DNA of 64,000 nucleotides from Marsupella aquatica (taxonomy: Eukaryota; Plantae; Marchantiophyta). Location of the stretch: positions 19,975,292 through 20,039,291 of the forward strand of contig OZ316898.1 in NCBI GenBank assembly GCA_973895155.1, in the 5' to 3' direction. The notes beneath the pieces were generated by a model. The model searched no databases. It worked only from the letters and a program-made list of their open reading frames with translations, and was not told the DNA's origin. Positions within the stretch are counted from its first letter, which is position 1. Each line of letters begins with the position of its first letter. Positions 62,806 through 64,000 of this stretch are shown here, one piece after another. A program made the position numbers and the translations under genes.

Positions 62806-63323
62806 CAGCATCTCCAATGCTATATTCTATTTCCTGACTGCATACATTAAATATAGCATGTTGAGTTAACTTTTATTATATTCCTGTATATGTAGCAAGA
62901 GTGGTATGCCAAAATGCAAGCCCAATGGTTGCTGGGTATTTGTACTAAATCTTCAAATATACATCATGGGACACTAACATTTGGATCTTGGATAATCCAG
63001 CAATGAACCAGTCAGTATTCAAGTCAATGGGCTCAAAACCAGTTCCAATAACAAAAAATCACTAGGCTGATAACTGAATAGCAATGTACCTAACTCATAA
63101 AGATGTCTCAAAGCTTCAAAGTTGAGGACATGGCTTTAGCCCATAAACAAATGACCATGTAAAAAACAAATTTGGTTTATTAGCAGTATAGACAATGACT
63201 TACGGTCATGGTATATGACCAATCTTTATGGCAAAAAGCTATGACTTTTGAACCAACTTTACTAGATTTTGGTCAGAGCAGAGCATTAGAATAAACCCAA
63301 TCCCATAACCCTTGGAGTTGCTC
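62806..63323. mobile_element. Possible PIF/Harbinger (Tourist) MITE
   Basis: CAGCATCTCCAA at 62806 and TTGGAGTTGCTC followed by TTA at 63312-63326. The left TSD is not intact. Confidence 0.35.
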
Positions 63324-64000
63324 TTATTAGATACCTTACGGTTTTGATTAAAAAACCATTGGTCAACACATCCAGGATAAAAGTGACCTACATTCAAGGA
63401 GCCCACTAGCAGGGGACTATGGTAGGTAAAGTTTTATCAGATTGTGCCCCAAGTTCAGATAACGTGATATAGCATGCTCATCCTGGAACATGCTTGAGTT
63501 TTTGTCTTGTAGTGATTTGAAAGGAAATAAAATATGAAAACATAACTAGAAGAATTGGTGCACAATGAAAAGTACAATCCAGGATGCTACCATGTGTGCA
63601 CTTAATTCAATTAATGACACCCATTCCAATAAAAACCATAAACTTAGGAAAGAAAGACATGAGGGGAACCTAAGACACAAATTATTTCTCTCATTCATGA
63701 GAATGTTCAAGTGGTGTAAAGTTTCATTACATCTCTAATAAATCACAAACATTAAAATTTATAAGGGGGCTGCCAAAATAAGCTCAAAATACTTCAGAAT
63801 CTTAAACATTAAAGGGGTCCATAAATTAATTAAAAATGTATATGATACACAGGTTGCCCTTTGATAAGGCACATTGAAATAAAAATATATGACAACAAAA
63901 CTCTGAGTAAGACAAATCTGAAAGGTGGATTCACCATATAGCAGTTTCAATATACTAATACTTGTAAAGCCCAAGCTGAATTTTGTTCTAGGTGACGGAC

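Overview
Eukaryotic land-plant nuclear DNA with GT-AG introns and plant-type genes. A bryophyte, possibly a liverwort, is my inference and is not proven by the sequence. Four spliced genes could be reconstructed exon by exon with consistent phases: a DeSI/PPPDE peptidase (+, 11621-14845), a conserved plastid-targeted protein of unknown function (+, 28959-33422), acyl-CoA oxidase 4 (+, 37381-41652) and L-ascorbate oxidase (-, 54011-56742). There are three single-exon ORFs. One is a CUE-DUF1771-Smr protein (-, 17921-20209). The other two are unrecognised ORFs arranged head to head: a 396-aa protein whose six Trp residues all sit in E-x-G-W motifs (-, 45975-47165), and a ~197-aa helical protein carrying a HEPN-type RNxxxH motif (+, 49505-50098). 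The first 11 kb is a nested transposon complex. A full-length but degenerate Ty1/copia element (5152-10985, TSD AACTT) sits inside a Mutator-like MITE, which in turn sits in the loop of a small palindrome within a repeated unit made of a tRNA-like SINE head and DeSI upstream sequence. The window also holds a MULE MITE and a hAT MITE with perfect TSDs, a ~58-bp satellite with higher-order structure, and many short local duplications. The best leads are the ExGW/HEPN-like divergent pair, an apparent PTS1-to-PTS2 switch in ACX4, and repeated MITE insertion at one palindromic site. No database searches were run; family assignments come from motif recognition.
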